A stretch of 63,637 bases of DNA, counting the filler, from an uncultured Methanosarcinales archaeon (GTDB lineage: Archaea; Nanobdellota; Nanobdellia; Woesearchaeales; CAYSVS01), in assembly GCA_964434475.1 (NCBI GenBank). It is 4 parts of 4 records of this genome, joined end to end, with 100 filler letters (N's around TTAATTAATTAA, not from the genome) between each part and the next. Parts side by side here need not be neighbours in the genome. Positions count along the whole stretch, not along the records: positions 1 to 17,725 come from CAYSVS010000022.1; 3 more parts are not named here. The stretch is one strand, 5' to 3'. A program made the position numbers and the translations under genes. Positions 1-9,810 of the stretch are shown piece by piece. Below the pieces are notes generated by a model. The model worked only from the letters and a program-made list of their open reading frames with translations. It made no database searches and had not been told where the DNA came from. Each line of letters opens with the position of its first letter. Position 1 is the first letter of the stretch.

Positions 1-297
1 TATGAGTAACCAATCCAATATTGCAGAAATTAATTCAACCTCATTATCTGCAGTTACCGTATATAATAATCTCCAACCTTGTGGCAAATCGTACTTCCAT
101 AAATTATTTAAGCCATATTTTTGAACATAACTTTTAGGAATTAAACGCTTAGGAACCTGAATTCCATAAAATGCATTTTCTCGTAAATCCTTAATCGCCC
201 GAATCATTGATTTTTTAATAGGGTCATCATCTTTCAAAGAATGAAAAGCATTTTCCAATTTATCATCAATAAAAACTACTTTCGATGGCTTTTTCAT
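1..297 (-). CDS. RelE/ParE-like toxin (runs off window start; not in ORF track)
   Basis: Manual translation MKKPSKVVFIDDKLENAF...GIQVPKRLIPKSYVQKYGLNNLWKYDLPQGWRLLYTV...ISAILDW. Its ATG overlaps the upstream gene's TGA (ATGA). Confidence 0.6.
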   Translation of the reverse strand, partial: MKKPSKVVFIDDKLENAFHSLKDDDPIKKSMIRAIKDLRENAFYGIQVPKRLIPKSYVQKYGLNNLWKYDLPQGWRLLYTVTADNEVELISAILDWLLI

Positions 298-572
298 AAT
301 TTAATCTCCTTACGCATTCTTAATTTTTGCGCCAATTTGGGATTCCAAATGTATGCAATTTTATCATGTTTATCAAAAGCAATTTTATTGATACTCTCAA
401 GATATTCCAAAATCACTAAATATGTTTGCCACATTACTTTCTTTGGCAGATTTTTCCATAATTCGGTACGATTATATTCCCCACTATAAGTTTCAATGGT
501 ATTTTCTACCATTAAAACAGTATCTAATGTTGGAGATCTTACAAAATTATTTTTTAATACTTGCATTGTCAT
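294..572 (-). CDS. Putative winged-helix antitoxin/DNA-binding protein
   Basis: ORF 294..620; start reassigned to ATG 572 because a TATA box lies about 23 nt upstream. Small basic helical protein (SPTLDTVLMVE...ELWKNLPKKVMWQTY) coupled to the toxin. Confidence 0.55.
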   Translation of the reverse strand: MTMQVLKNNFVRSPTLDTVLMVENTIETYSGEYNRTELWKNLPKKVMWQTYLVILEYLESINKIAFDKHDKIAYIWNPKLAQKLRMRKEIKL

Positions 573-579
573 AAATATA

Positions 580-601
580 TTATATATCAATTGATATATA
601 A
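580..601. promoter_or_regulatory. 22-bp perfect palindrome overlapping the TATA box; probable TA operator
   Basis: TTATATATCAATTGATATATAA is self-complementary and lies 8-29 nt upstream of ATG 572. Confidence 0.6.
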
Positions 602-866
602 ATGTTTCGCTAAAAAACATAAAACTGCCCTTAATTCATGTTCTCAATATGTCGCTTTGCTCTTTAAATGGAACAGAACCCTGCCTTCTTTTAGCTATGT
701 AAAAAATAAATAGAAACTAAAGTTTCTCATAAGACTCGCTAAACAAATTCTTTCTTCTCTTCAACTTGTTTTTGAACTAAACTAATTAATTCATTAATTA
801 CTTCTTGTGGAATATTTACATTAAGTTCTTCCTTTAGTCTATCCAAAAAATCACATAGGTCCCATA

Positions 867-1130
867 TTGCCCTATTTTTCCCATGTAATGCAATTAATTT
901 CATATTGTTTGTTGATAGAGGAAAAAAAAGGCGTAAAACCAAAATATGGTTTCATACAATACAAAGAAGGACGAGCTTTTTCAATACCTTACACAAAAAA
1001 TATGAAATCTTTTTTATTGAAAACAATGCAGAAAATGAGAGATCACATTGAATCAGGGGAAAGTCCAAAACCTATCAAAAACTACAGATGTGAAAAATGC
1101 AGTTATAAAAAAGATTGTTTTCCTGAATGA
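867..1130 (+). pseudogene. cas4: C-terminal fragment of a Cas4-like (RecB/PD-(D/E)xK) nuclease
   Basis: QLISY motif (QxxxY) and C-terminal CEKC-x5-C Fe-S cysteines. The N-terminal Cys and catalytic D/ExK motifs are absent. Confidence 0.65.
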
Positions 1131-1725
1131 ACTCCCTAAGTTCTGATTATACTGTCGTAATTATAATTCTAATTATTATCCCAATAAACTTTAATTATTC
1201 CAGTACTAGTTTGACCTATATTTTTAATACAAATACATACATTTTCTATGTAAGATTTATTCCTAATCAATGATTGGATAGAACAATCTATAAGCGCATA
1301 TTCTGAAAACATTTTAAGATTAGGCTCATACGGAAAAGTTGATTTTTCTAAAAGCTGTATTTGCAATTTCTATCTGTATTGCGAAAAGACCAAATTAAAA
1401 AATACCTAAACCAATGGTCGAAAAAACCAACATTGCAGTCAATATTACTTGAAAATAACTAAATGCAGATTATTCTTTTTGAAAAACAATCTAGCATATT
1501 TTCTTTAGTAAATCTAAAGTTATTGAATTATTATTTACCTTTAAATTAGTTTCAATAGTATTAATCACATATGAACTATTAAAAGCAAACGGGCATAGTA
1601 TGTCAAATAGGCCAGAAGAAGAGATGTTAACTAAATTATATCATGAGATTGTTTATTTATGTCAACCTATAAATTATAAAAAAATATATGTTATTCAAAA
1701 GATGAGTGGGTAAATTGAAATTTTT

Positions 1726-2289
1726 TCAACACATAGTTCTTTCCAATTTCCAAAGATTTCTGAATATACGTTCATAAGCTCTTAGGAATTTGTAAATCTG
1801 AAGGAAATAGTATTCCTCTATTTTTTTGTATTCATGCTTTTGTTTGGATCGGGTTAGATGTTCTTCATCCATAGCTATTGATTCGCTTTTTTTGATGATT
1901 TTCATAAGTTTGATTATTTCTGAGTGCAGTTTCTTAAGTTCGTGCTTCTCTAACCTTAAAGCTTTTTTTTCCAGTTTTTTCACTACTTTCCACTTGTGCT
2001 TTGACATAAGCTTTTTCTCTTCTTTTACTATTTTTAAGTCTGCTAATTCTTCTGATTCTATTATATTTCTGATTTCAACAAGTTTATCTGCTACTTCTGT
2101 GTTTAGTTTATGGAGATGTTCTTCTTCCGGAGGGATACGTTCATCCAGATGAGCAATAACAAGATCCCATTGCTGCATCTTAGCTTCAAAATCATGCTCT
2201 TCTTTGACAAATTGCTGTTCTGTATCGATAAATGCTCTTAGGTCATTTATCGCTTCATCAGCAACCTCTTCCATCATATATTCTGACAT
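1726..2289 (-). CDS. Hypothetical coiled-coil protein
   Basis: 187-aa charged helical ORF with a TATA-like box upstream. Confidence 0.6.
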   Translation of the reverse strand: MSEYMMEEVADEAINDLRAFIDTEQQFVKEEHDFEAKMQQWDLVIAHLDERIPPEEEHLHKLNTEVADKLVEIRNIIESEELADLKIVKEEKKLMSKHKWKVVKKLEKKALRLEKHELKKLHSEIIKLMKIIKKSESIAMDEEHLTRSKQKHEYKKIEEYYFLQIYKFLRAYERIFRNLWKLERTMC

Positions 2290-2351
2290 AATAAAAGAGA
2301 ATATTATGGATTATATAAACATTTTGAGAACAATAATAAAAAAATAAAAAA

Positions 2352-2981
2352 TTATCTATATTCTATTTCAGCGCTTTCCTTTAATCCTGTTATCAGATTA
2401 GTTATTGCATCTTGCTGCTTCTGTTGCTGTAGTGTTACAACTATCTGCGGCTTAAGCTGTTCGTATGCAGGCACTTCTTCTGGTGCTTGCTGTTTATATT
2501 GTTCATAGAATACGTTAGCTTCTTCATCAGTCACATTAAGGTCTATGTTTTGAAGAGAAGTATCTAAGTAACTCTGTATAGCTATCTGCTGTTTAACGTT
2601 TTCCAATTGTTTTTCATAATCTATGCCCTGCATCTGGAGCTGCTGCTTATAGTCTGCCAATGTTACATTCTGCTGTGCTAATTGAGTTGTCATAGCAGCT
2701 TCTGCCTGTTCTACAGTTACTTGCATCGTTTTTTTTGCTGCCTGATAAAGAACCTTTTGCCCTATCAATTGCTCTAATGCATCCTGTTCAGATAATTGTA
2801 AACCTTGCTGCATCATGCTCTGCTGTATAGATTTAACTTCTTCTGATTTTATGCTTTCGCCGTTTACTGTCGCAAGAACATCAGTTGTGTTTTGTGTTGT
2901 GTCTTGTTGTTTTGTTTGCTCTACGCCAGTACAACCGACCAGCATTAAGATCAAAACTCCTATAATCACCATTTTGTTCAT
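2352..2981 (-). CDS. SurA N-terminal domain lipoprotein (PrsA/SurA-like chaperone without PPIase domain)
   Basis: Lipobox LVGC; motifs LATVNGESI, ALEQLIGQKVLYQAA, VTDEEA..FY and LKESAEIE. Confidence 0.7.
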   Translation of the reverse strand: MNKMVIIGVLILMLVGCTGVEQTKQQDTTQNTTDVLATVNGESIKSEEVKSIQQSMMQQGLQLSEQDALEQLIGQKVLYQAAKKTMQVTVEQAEAAMTTQLAQQNVTLADYKQQLQMQGIDYEKQLENVKQQIAIQSYLDTSLQNIDLNVTDEEANVFYEQYKQQAPEEVPAYEQLKPQIVVTLQQQKQQDAITNLITGLKESAEIEYR

Positions 2982-3055
2982 TGTATATAAAAAGAAAAAT
3001 CCTCTATTTTTAAGTTTTTGGGTGAAATATTTATTAAGTAGTTAGTTTTATAAAT

Positions 3056-3583
3056 TTGTATCAACTTCTGACTGTTATGACAGTAGATAAAATATTACAG
3101 TATCTTAATGAAAAATTCTGGATAGAAAACAAAATTGAAAAAGATTTGATGTATGCTATCAAAACAGGAGAAGGATTAGATAAACTTGCATCAAAACTGA
3201 ATATAGATAAAGAAGATGTTGGCCCATACTTTACACAAAACAAAGCAGACTTTACAGCAAAAGATATGCTGGATATGGAAGTATTGTTTTACAAATCTGA
3301 GGGTTATTCTATGATGGCTTCCTATCTCATGTCTAAAGAAGGCATAGATAATAAAATATTGAAGATGAGCTTAAAAAAGAAAAATCATTTTATTGTTACA
3401 TATTTTGACAATGGTTGGAAGAAATGTGATCCTAAGCATCAGAAGCGCGAAGGATTCTTTAAAGGAAGGGAAGATCTACTTTTTAAGTTTGTTAATGATC
3501 CTTCTTATCTAGGCCATGGCTATAGAAAACGAAATGGCGGCTATGTAGAGTATGAGAATATTAAGGTTGTTGAAAAACTTTAA
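3056..3583 (+). CDS. Hypothetical protein
   Basis: 175-aa ORF; true start probably ATG 3077. Confidence 0.55.
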   Translation: MYQLLTVMTVDKILQYLNEKFWIENKIEKDLMYAIKTGEGLDKLASKLNIDKEDVGPYFTQNKADFTAKDMLDMEVLFYKSEGYSMMASYLMSKEGIDNKILKMSLKKKNHFIVTYFDNGWKKCDPKHQKREGFFKGREDLLFKFVNDPSYLGHGYRKRNGGYVEYENIKVVEKL

Positions 3584-3603
3584 AACACAGGCTTTATTTC
3601 TAT

Positions 3604-4030
3604 ATGCGCTCAAAAAAAATAAAATTAGTGTATCTGTCGCTTATATTATGAGGGATGCTGTTCTTTTTGCATATTTTAGCATTATACTTTCAGGAAAGTT
3701 TGTTTAGTATGGCTAATGTTGTTTTGATATTCGCTATTGAAGCTATATTTCTTGTTGTTTTTGAAGTACCTACTGGTACTATAGCAGATCTTTTCGGAAA
3801 AAAACTATTGTACTTGCTAACTTTATTGTTCTCGTTGAAGTTGTTTTTCTTTATATAGGATAAAACAAGTTCATGTTTGCAATCTTTTGCTCGCACTTTA
3901 GCAAGCGGCACATATAATGCTTTTTTGTACAATACTTTGCAGTAAGAAGGCAATGAACAGCATTACAAAAAAATTATAGGAGAATATTGTTAATTATAAC
4001 CGGCAGATGCTGCTATAGGTTCTATTGTTA
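3604..4030 (+). pseudogene. Degraded MFS transporter
   Basis: FEVPTGTIADLFGKK (MFS motif A region), broken by several stops and frameshifts. Confidence 0.65.
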
Positions 4031-4034
4031 GAGT

Positions 4035-4556
4035 TTATCTGGCTAAATTTCCAATGTCATTTTCTATTATTTCTTCTGTTTTTTGGATGAAGCTTAAAAC
4101 TTCTTCTTCATATTTTATTATTATGTTATTTGTAAAAGCTTTATCAGTTTGATAACTGGCATAATGTCTATCTGTTTTTAGATTTGTATAGAGTTCTGCA
4201 TCTTCTTTGTTTATAGATAATTCGTTGATTAAATCAGCTTCTTGCTTAGATATTGTGTATTCCTTAATTAGTATAAGAATCGTGGCATAATGATTTTTTG
4301 AAGAATATTTCTTATTAGTAATTAATGCTAAAGCTGAATGATAAAGAGCATACTATAAAATAACAATTAGCCAATCATTAAATTTATTTTGTTTTTTATT
4401 TAGTTTATAAAAATCTAGATTATGCTTTGCTTTTTTCAAAAATGAATTGGCCAATTCTTTATTTTCTTGTATTTTTACTATATGTTTCTTTTGCATAAAG
4501 AAATTTAATTCTTTATTGAGAAATTCTTGATCTTCAAATAATTTATCAATATTCAT
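4035..4556 (-). pseudogene. HEPN-domain toxin with a single in-frame TAG (4353-4355)
   Basis: Reading through the TAG gives 173 codons: NDWLIVIL*YALYHSALALI...SKNH...DRHYASY (Rx4Y). Lies directly downstream of an MNT gene. Confidence 0.8.
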
Positions 4557-5118
4557 CTAGTAATACCTCATAAAAATCTTGTTCTTTATATATTGGAAAT
4601 CCAGTTTTTCTTGCTTGAATTATTACATCATCTTTGTTTTTTATGAAATCTTTTATTGAGCTTTGAAATATGCTAATTGGGTGGCTGGATATTACTTCAC
4701 CTTCTTTTATGTTTTTATCTAGATTTATTTTTTTTTGAGATACTATCAATAAATCTATATCACTTTCTTTTCTTTCATCTTTTCTTGATGCTGATCCAAA
4801 TAGAATTATTGTGTAAATTTCTTTTGGAATGTCCTTTAGAAAGTTATTTAGCGGAACTCTTACACCTCTGTTTAATTCTTGAAATTTCTGTATTGCAAGT
4901 TCTGAGAATTTTAGTTCGATTAATTTTTTATTTTTTATTTTGTAGAAAGTGTTTGATTTGGTTTTTTCTTTAAATAAAATTTTGTTTTTTGTTAATTTAG
5001 TTAAAGTATTGGTTAGAGAACTATCTGAAAGCTTTGAAAGTTCTTTTATTTCGTTAAAGTATAAACTACTCTTTTTACTTTCAAAATATGCTTTGTAAAC
5101 TTTCTCTTCAGGTCTCAT
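4546..5118 (-). CDS. wHTH + minimal nucleotidyltransferase (MNT) antitoxin
   Basis: ILFGSASRKDERKESDIDLLIV (GS..DxD) with N-terminal HTH (LYFNEIKELSKLSDSSL). Start ATG 5118 lies about 23 nt downstream of a TATA box. Confidence 0.85.
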   Translation of the reverse strand: MRPEEKVYKAYFESKKSSLYFNEIKELSKLSDSSLTNTLTKLTKNKILFKEKTKSNTFYKIKNKKLIELKFSELAIQKFQELNRGVRVPLNNFLKDIPKEIYTIILFGSASRKDERKESDIDLLIVSQKKINLDKNIKEGEVISSHPISIFQSSIKDFIKNKDDVIIQARKTGFPIYKEQDFYEVLLDEY

Positions 5119-5140
5119 CTTATTATGGTAGGATGTTGCC

Positions 5141-5188
5141 ATATATAAATGCTTCTGTTTTTGAAGTGATTGCTTCTGTTTTTGAAGT
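5141..5188 (-). promoter_or_regulatory. TATA box plus two tandem operator-like repeats
   Basis: TGCTTCTGTTTTTGAAGT at 5150-5167 and 5171-5188, each containing CTTC-N7-GAAG; TTTATATA on the minus strand abuts them. Confidence 0.6.
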
Positions 5189-5663
5189 TTATCCTTCAAC
5201 CTCCAAATAAATTAATTAGAACACATTTATATGATACAGCGATGTGGATTAAAAAAATCGTACTTGAGCATAATAAGCAGATTTCTAATTGATAATTCTT
5301 ATATATCCTATGGAACAATCTTTTCATGAACCTAACCCAAACCACCACAGAAAAAACCTTTGTCATCAAACAAAAGGAAAATATACTATGTCAATTATCT
5401 TAATTCAAATGGACAGACATAGGGCTTCTGAACAGAAATATCTGGAAAATATATGATAAAGACTGCGAAGAGCTTCAAATTCATGTTTAAGCATCCAAAC
5501 AAGAAAGAAGGAGAAGAAACTAAAAAGAACGCAAAACTCTTTGATAAGTTAATCAATTTCTGCATAAAACATTTTGATGATTATGAAGGTTATTAAGTAT
5601 GAAATATAAAATCATACAGTATATACATAATCAATATATACAGCCTATCAAGACTTCAAACTT

Positions 5664-5849
5664 ATGACAGATATAAAAAAACATTTGATGCTGATATGTG
5701 CTTTGTTTTTTTCAGGAACAAATTTCATATTAAACCATAATAATCCTGTATTCATGACAATAAGCCCACTATTAGGAGCATCTACAGGGCTTACCATAGG
5801 AAAGATTATGGAAAGAAAGCTTAAGACAAAGCATCATCATTTCTGTTAA
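5664..5849 (+). CDS. Small 2-TM membrane protein (paralog 1)
   Basis: Hydrophobic ORF with a GxxxGxxxG zipper. Confidence 0.5.
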   Translation: MTDIKKHLMLICALFFSGTNFILNHNNPVFMTISPLLGASTGLTIGKIMERKLKTKHHHFC

Positions 5850-5852
5850 AAA

Positions 5853-6035
5853 ATGAGATATCCAGAAGGTTTCTTCATAAATAGAGGAACTGCACTATCT
5901 ACTGCTTTTTTCTCAGGAGCAGGCATAGCGTTTAGCCAGAATAATATTCTGTTCATAGCTTTAGGTCATCTGATAGGTATGTCTATAGGACTAATAATAG
6001 GAACTGAAATAGAGAAAGCATATAACAAAGTTTAA
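5853..6035 (+). CDS. Small 2-TM membrane protein (paralog 2)
   Basis: Shares FFSG...NN..F...G.S.GL.IG..E.K with the preceding ORF. Confidence 0.55.
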   Translation: MRYPEGFFINRGTALSTAFFSGAGIAFSQNNILFIALGHLIGMSIGLIIGTEIEKAYNKV

Positions 6036-6060
6036 ATATAAAGATATAAAAGATTACTTT

Positions 6061-6429
6061 ATGAAATATATAATACCAATACTACTAATCGCATTACTTC
6101 TATGCGGATGTCAAGGACAAGAATTGAAGCAAAGCCAAGCAGCTAGTCAATCAGCACAAAGCTTATTTGAAAAATACACCTTTGACTGTGCAAAAGTTGT
6201 AGATCACGAGACGTTTGACTACAATATGCAGCAAGCAAAGATACAGCAATGTTTTGACAAATGCTGCGGAGGAGAATACTGTCCGCAATGCAACACTTAT
6301 CCTGGAGATTCTGAATGCTATGAAGAATGTGATAACAACAAACCAGAAGGTACTTGTGTGAATTGCGATGGATATTGCTGGGATAAAAAGTTCAAAACAT
6401 ATTTAGAACAGACTATAGCAAATTGTTGA
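6061..6429 (+). CDS. Cys-rich lipoprotein
   Basis: Signal peptide ending LLLCGC followed by many cysteines. Confidence 0.65.
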   Translation: MKYIIPILLIALLLCGCQGQELKQSQAASQSAQSLFEKYTFDCAKVVDHETFDYNMQQAKIQQCFDKCCGGEYCPQCNTYPGDSECYEECDNNKPEGTCVNCDGYCWDKKFKTYLEQTIANC

Positions 6430-6636
6430 TTATCTTTTTACATTTTTATATCGCTCCTTTTGCAATAGTATGTTAAACAATTTATTTGTATCAAGCAAAG
6501 ACTTAACACTTTCAATTTCGCGAACACTAATTTTTGAACTAGGATTAATAAAAAAATATTAAATTATCCTTAATTTTATACTTTTTTTATCATTTGATAA
6601 CTAATAATATCAATATATGTTTAAAGGTATCGTGAA

Positions 6637-7995
6637 TCAGGTATAATACTCCATATCCTTGACAGCACTTTTGTGCATCCATCTGCCTTTGAAAAACCAA
6701 AACAAAGCAATAAGAGCAAAAACAGTATTAGCTATAGGAATAGACATCCAGATTCCGATTGAACCAATCTTATTAGAGACAAAGTAAGCAAAAGGCAGCT
6801 GTATAATCCACATAGTAAACAATGAAATCTTCATCGCTGTCTTTGTGTCTCCAGCTCCCTGAAATACACCGTTTAAGACTTGTGCAATACCCAAGAAAAC
6901 AAAAGCATAACACATAACACGGATAAACTTGGAAGCCTCAGCAACAACCGCAGGATCAGTATTAAATATACGAACAAAATCAGGAGCAAAAATATAACAA
7001 ATAAAACTTAACAACAACAGAAAGATAAAAGCCAGGAACATAGCTTTAATACCTACTTCACAAGCACTCTGTTTCTTATCAGCACCTATATTCTGACCAA
7101 CCAATATTGACGAAGCCATAGACAATCCTAATACAGGAAAGAAAACAAGCACAAACAATTGATGTCCAATACCATAAGATGCTATAACAACTGTTCCAAA
7201 ACCAGTGATGATATATGTCATGATAACCATACCTAATGATCTTGTTGACATAGACAATGAAGTAGGCAGGCCTAAATTAAATATCTTCTTAATCAAACGT
7301 TTCTTTGGCTTGAAGTTAATAAAGCTTAAACTAATACCACGACTACCGCGAAACAGGACAAACAAAGCAAAGAAATATGCGATCCCTTGCGTTATGATAG
7401 TGGCTATAGCAGCACCAGCAACACCAAATGCAGGAATTATACCCCAACCAAGAATAAAAATGGGATCAACGACCAAATTCAACAACACTGTAAAAAACAC
7501 TATCATCGCAGGCAGCTTAACCTCTCCTACTCCTCTTAATAATCCCTGAAAAGTCATATAGCCAAAGACAAAAATTATGCCGATAAAAGATATACGCAGA
7601 TAAGATATTGCAGATAAAGCAACATCTGCTTCCAAACTCATAAAGCCAATAATAGTATCACTAAATAAAAAACCGATCAATCCTAAAAATATAGATACAA
7701 AAAAAGCCAGCATTACAGACTGACCAGCAGAATCATTTATGCCATTATAGGTTCCTTTGCCCTTAAATTGAGAAACCAATATACTGCCGCCTATAGACAG
7801 ACCCATCGCAAGAGAAATAAAGAAAAATATAATTGGAAAGCATACTGAAACAGCAGCAACTCCTTCTGCACCTAGTTTGCCGATCCAAAACAGATCAGTA
7901 ATCTGATAAGCAGATTGAAGAACATTAGCTATAATGGTCGGCACTGCCAAGACAAGCAAAGATTTTACTATAGGCTGATTTACTAGATTTCGCAT
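6637..7995 (-). CDS. MATE family efflux transporter
   Basis: About 12 TM segments with MATE motifs (SAYQITDLFWIGKLG, LNLVVDPIFI, GVAGAAIAT, GQNIGA). Confidence 0.95.
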   Translation of the reverse strand: MRNLVNQPIVKSLLVLAVPTIIANVLQSAYQITDLFWIGKLGAEGVAAVSVCFPIIFFFISLAMGLSIGGSILVSQFKGKGTYNGINDSAGQSVMLAFFVSIFLGLIGFLFSDTIIGFMSLEADVALSAISYLRISFIGIIFVFGYMTFQGLLRGVGEVKLPAMIVFFTVLLNLVVDPIFILGWGIIPAFGVAGAAIATIITQGIAYFFALFVLFRGSRGISLSFINFKPKKRLIKKIFNLGLPTSLSMSTRSLGMVIMTYIITGFGTVVIASYGIGHQLFVLVFFPVLGLSMASSILVGQNIGADKKQSACEVGIKAMFLAFIFLLLLSFICYIFAPDFVRIFNTDPAVVAEASKFIRVMCYAFVFLGIAQVLNGVFQGAGDTKTAMKISLFTMWIIQLPFAYFVSNKIGSIGIWMSIPIANTVFALIALFWFFKGRWMHKSAVKDMEYYT

Positions 7996-8370
7996 AAAAT
8001 AAAAGAATAAAAGATTATTTTAAAAATCTTCTGATTCAAGTAAAATCAGAAATTATATAATACACCATAGATACAAGTCCATCTCTGGATGAAATGTTCC
8101 ATTCTCAAAAAATATGTCAACAATTCATGACGACCAGCCAATACACGAAAAAATCTAAGAGTTTTATGATACCAGAGGTATTAAAAATATAAACTACCTA
8201 TAACTACTCAAAAAGAATTGGAGACAGAAATGAGAAAAATGTCGTAAAATAAAGAAAGTGGCCGAACAGCCAAGACACTTGACTGATAATCAAGTTAACA
8301 CTTGCAACCCTAATATCATGTGGGTTAAAATTACGCAGTTGATTGGGAAAATCCCACCTCAGCCGCACTT

Positions 8371-8874
8371 TCAAATATTTCTAGAATCATACGCCCAATG
8401 CAATAACGCTTGCCTTTGCCTTGGCCTGCAAACTAACTTACCCTTAGTACAGTTTGCTCGAATCTGACCAATATGGCGCTTGATAGCTTTCCATCTTTTG
8501 ATTTGACGAGCATCATCCTTATGACGTCTACCAGAATAATATCTACAATACCATTGAAACCAACCACGAGGATCATCCTTGTGTATCCACCCTTTGTCTT
8601 TCCAGACTTTCAATGGCTGGGATGCATTAACGCCAAAATAATTTAACTTTGAATCGTGCTTCTCGTGATTTAACTTAGCCTTGACAAACCAAGATTTAGG
8701 AAACTCTTTTTTACAATCTGTCATATACTTGCCGCCAAACACACCTAACTCAAGCATCTGTTTAGGGGTTAATTCAGGCTTAAAATCAGGATCAAAACTC
8801 CTGCCAATTGGTTCAGTACGATAATAAATGTAGTTCTTCTGCATAAGATCATTAACTGTAACTTTTTTCTTCAT
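8371..8874 (-). CDS. Conserved hypothetical protein (DPRGWFQWYCRY family)
   Basis: Motifs LTPKQMLELGVFGG, DPRGWFQWYCRY and QRQALLHWAYD recalled from a widespread uncharacterised family. Confidence 0.75.
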   Translation of the reverse strand: MKKKVTVNDLMQKNYIYYRTEPIGRSFDPDFKPELTPKQMLELGVFGGKYMTDCKKEFPKSWFVKAKLNHEKHDSKLNYFGVNASQPLKVWKDKGWIHKDDPRGWFQWYCRYYSGRRHKDDARQIKRWKAIKRHIGQIRANCTKGKLVCRPRQRQALLHWAYDSRNI

Positions 8875-9087
8875 ACAATAAATTAAAAATTCAGATTATA
8901 TTAAGGTTTCTATTTGAGCTTAAAATAAATCTCTTCACGATTTATGTAATTGCCTATAGTTTTCTTTACACCATATTCATTAATATGCTGATGCTCAACA
9001 ATAAAATGTTGAAGAAAGAAATTAACACAAAAATTATGATTGGGATATTCCCTTTACAATTTTTCTAACCTAATCAAAATAACCCAT

Positions 9088-9513
9088 CTACTTAACTTTC
9101 AATTCACTTACATCAAAATGTCTCTTCAAAATACTTTCATAATTACGCAAATTAGAAGCACTTCTGCCAATTAAATATCCACGAGTTTTATTATCCATAG
9201 CAGTCAATGTCAAAACCTTCTTATCATGATCAAATTCCACTTCATTAAGCTTATTAGGATAGACCATGTTCCTTACAAACTGTTCCATATCAGGATTATA
9301 CTCTATTATTCTTATCTTTTTCTTAAACTTAGATTCTAATCTCTTAACATTAGATGAACCTTTACCTATTGCTTTGCCAATCTGACCTTGACCAACAACA
9401 AATACCAAAGTGCCTTCAGAAGTTTCAAAACAATCCTTTACATCCACCCTAGTGATAGATTGAAAAAGGCTTATGAGTTTGATTAAAGCAAAATCAAATT
9501 TTATTCTTGCCAA
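9088..9513 (-). CDS. nusA: NusA (archaeal KH-domain type)
   Basis: GKAIGKGSSNV and LIGRSASNL KH motifs; follows L30e; TTG start at 9513. Confidence 0.9.
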   Translation of the reverse strand: MARIKFDFALIKLISLFQSITRVDVKDCFETSEGTLVFVVGQGQIGKAIGKGSSNVKRLESKFKKKIRIIEYNPDMEQFVRNMVYPNKLNEVEFDHDKKVLTLTAMDNKTRGYLIGRSASNLRNYESILKRHFDVSELKVK

Positions 9514-9515
9514 AA

Positions 9516-9800
9516 TCAAGCACCTTGGGATAAAACAGAAATAAAATGCTGCTTTTTGCATATCGTTCCGAGCTGTTCATTATCCTGCTTAAGCTTGACC
9601 AACTCAACATCAGCAAATTTAGAGTATTTTTCTAAATCTTTTCTAAGATCTTCTGGACAATTGCTTGCCATAAAAACCTTATTTATCCTGCCCTGCTTAA
9701 GCATTTTTAATGTTCTATCTGCGCCGATTATCGCATTATCTTCTTCCAAAATCTGTTTTATCTCCTTAACATCCTTGCTAATAACTTGTTTTCTTGCCAT
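9516..9800 (-). CDS. rpl30e: 50S ribosomal protein L30e
   Basis: IIGADRTLK...MASNCP...LGTICKKQH; position in the RNAP operon. Confidence 0.9.
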   Translation of the reverse strand: MARKQVISKDVKEIKQILEEDNAIIGADRTLKMLKQGRINKVFMASNCPEDLRKDLEKYSKFADVELVKLKQDNEQLGTICKKQHFISVLSQGA

Positions 9801-9810
9801 AATTATACAC

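Noticed and set aside
4353..4355. Genome-wide TAG recoding or pyrrolysine
   Set aside because: TAG ends conserved genes at their expected termini (rpoA1, rpoA2, nusA, thyA), and no pyl genes are seen.
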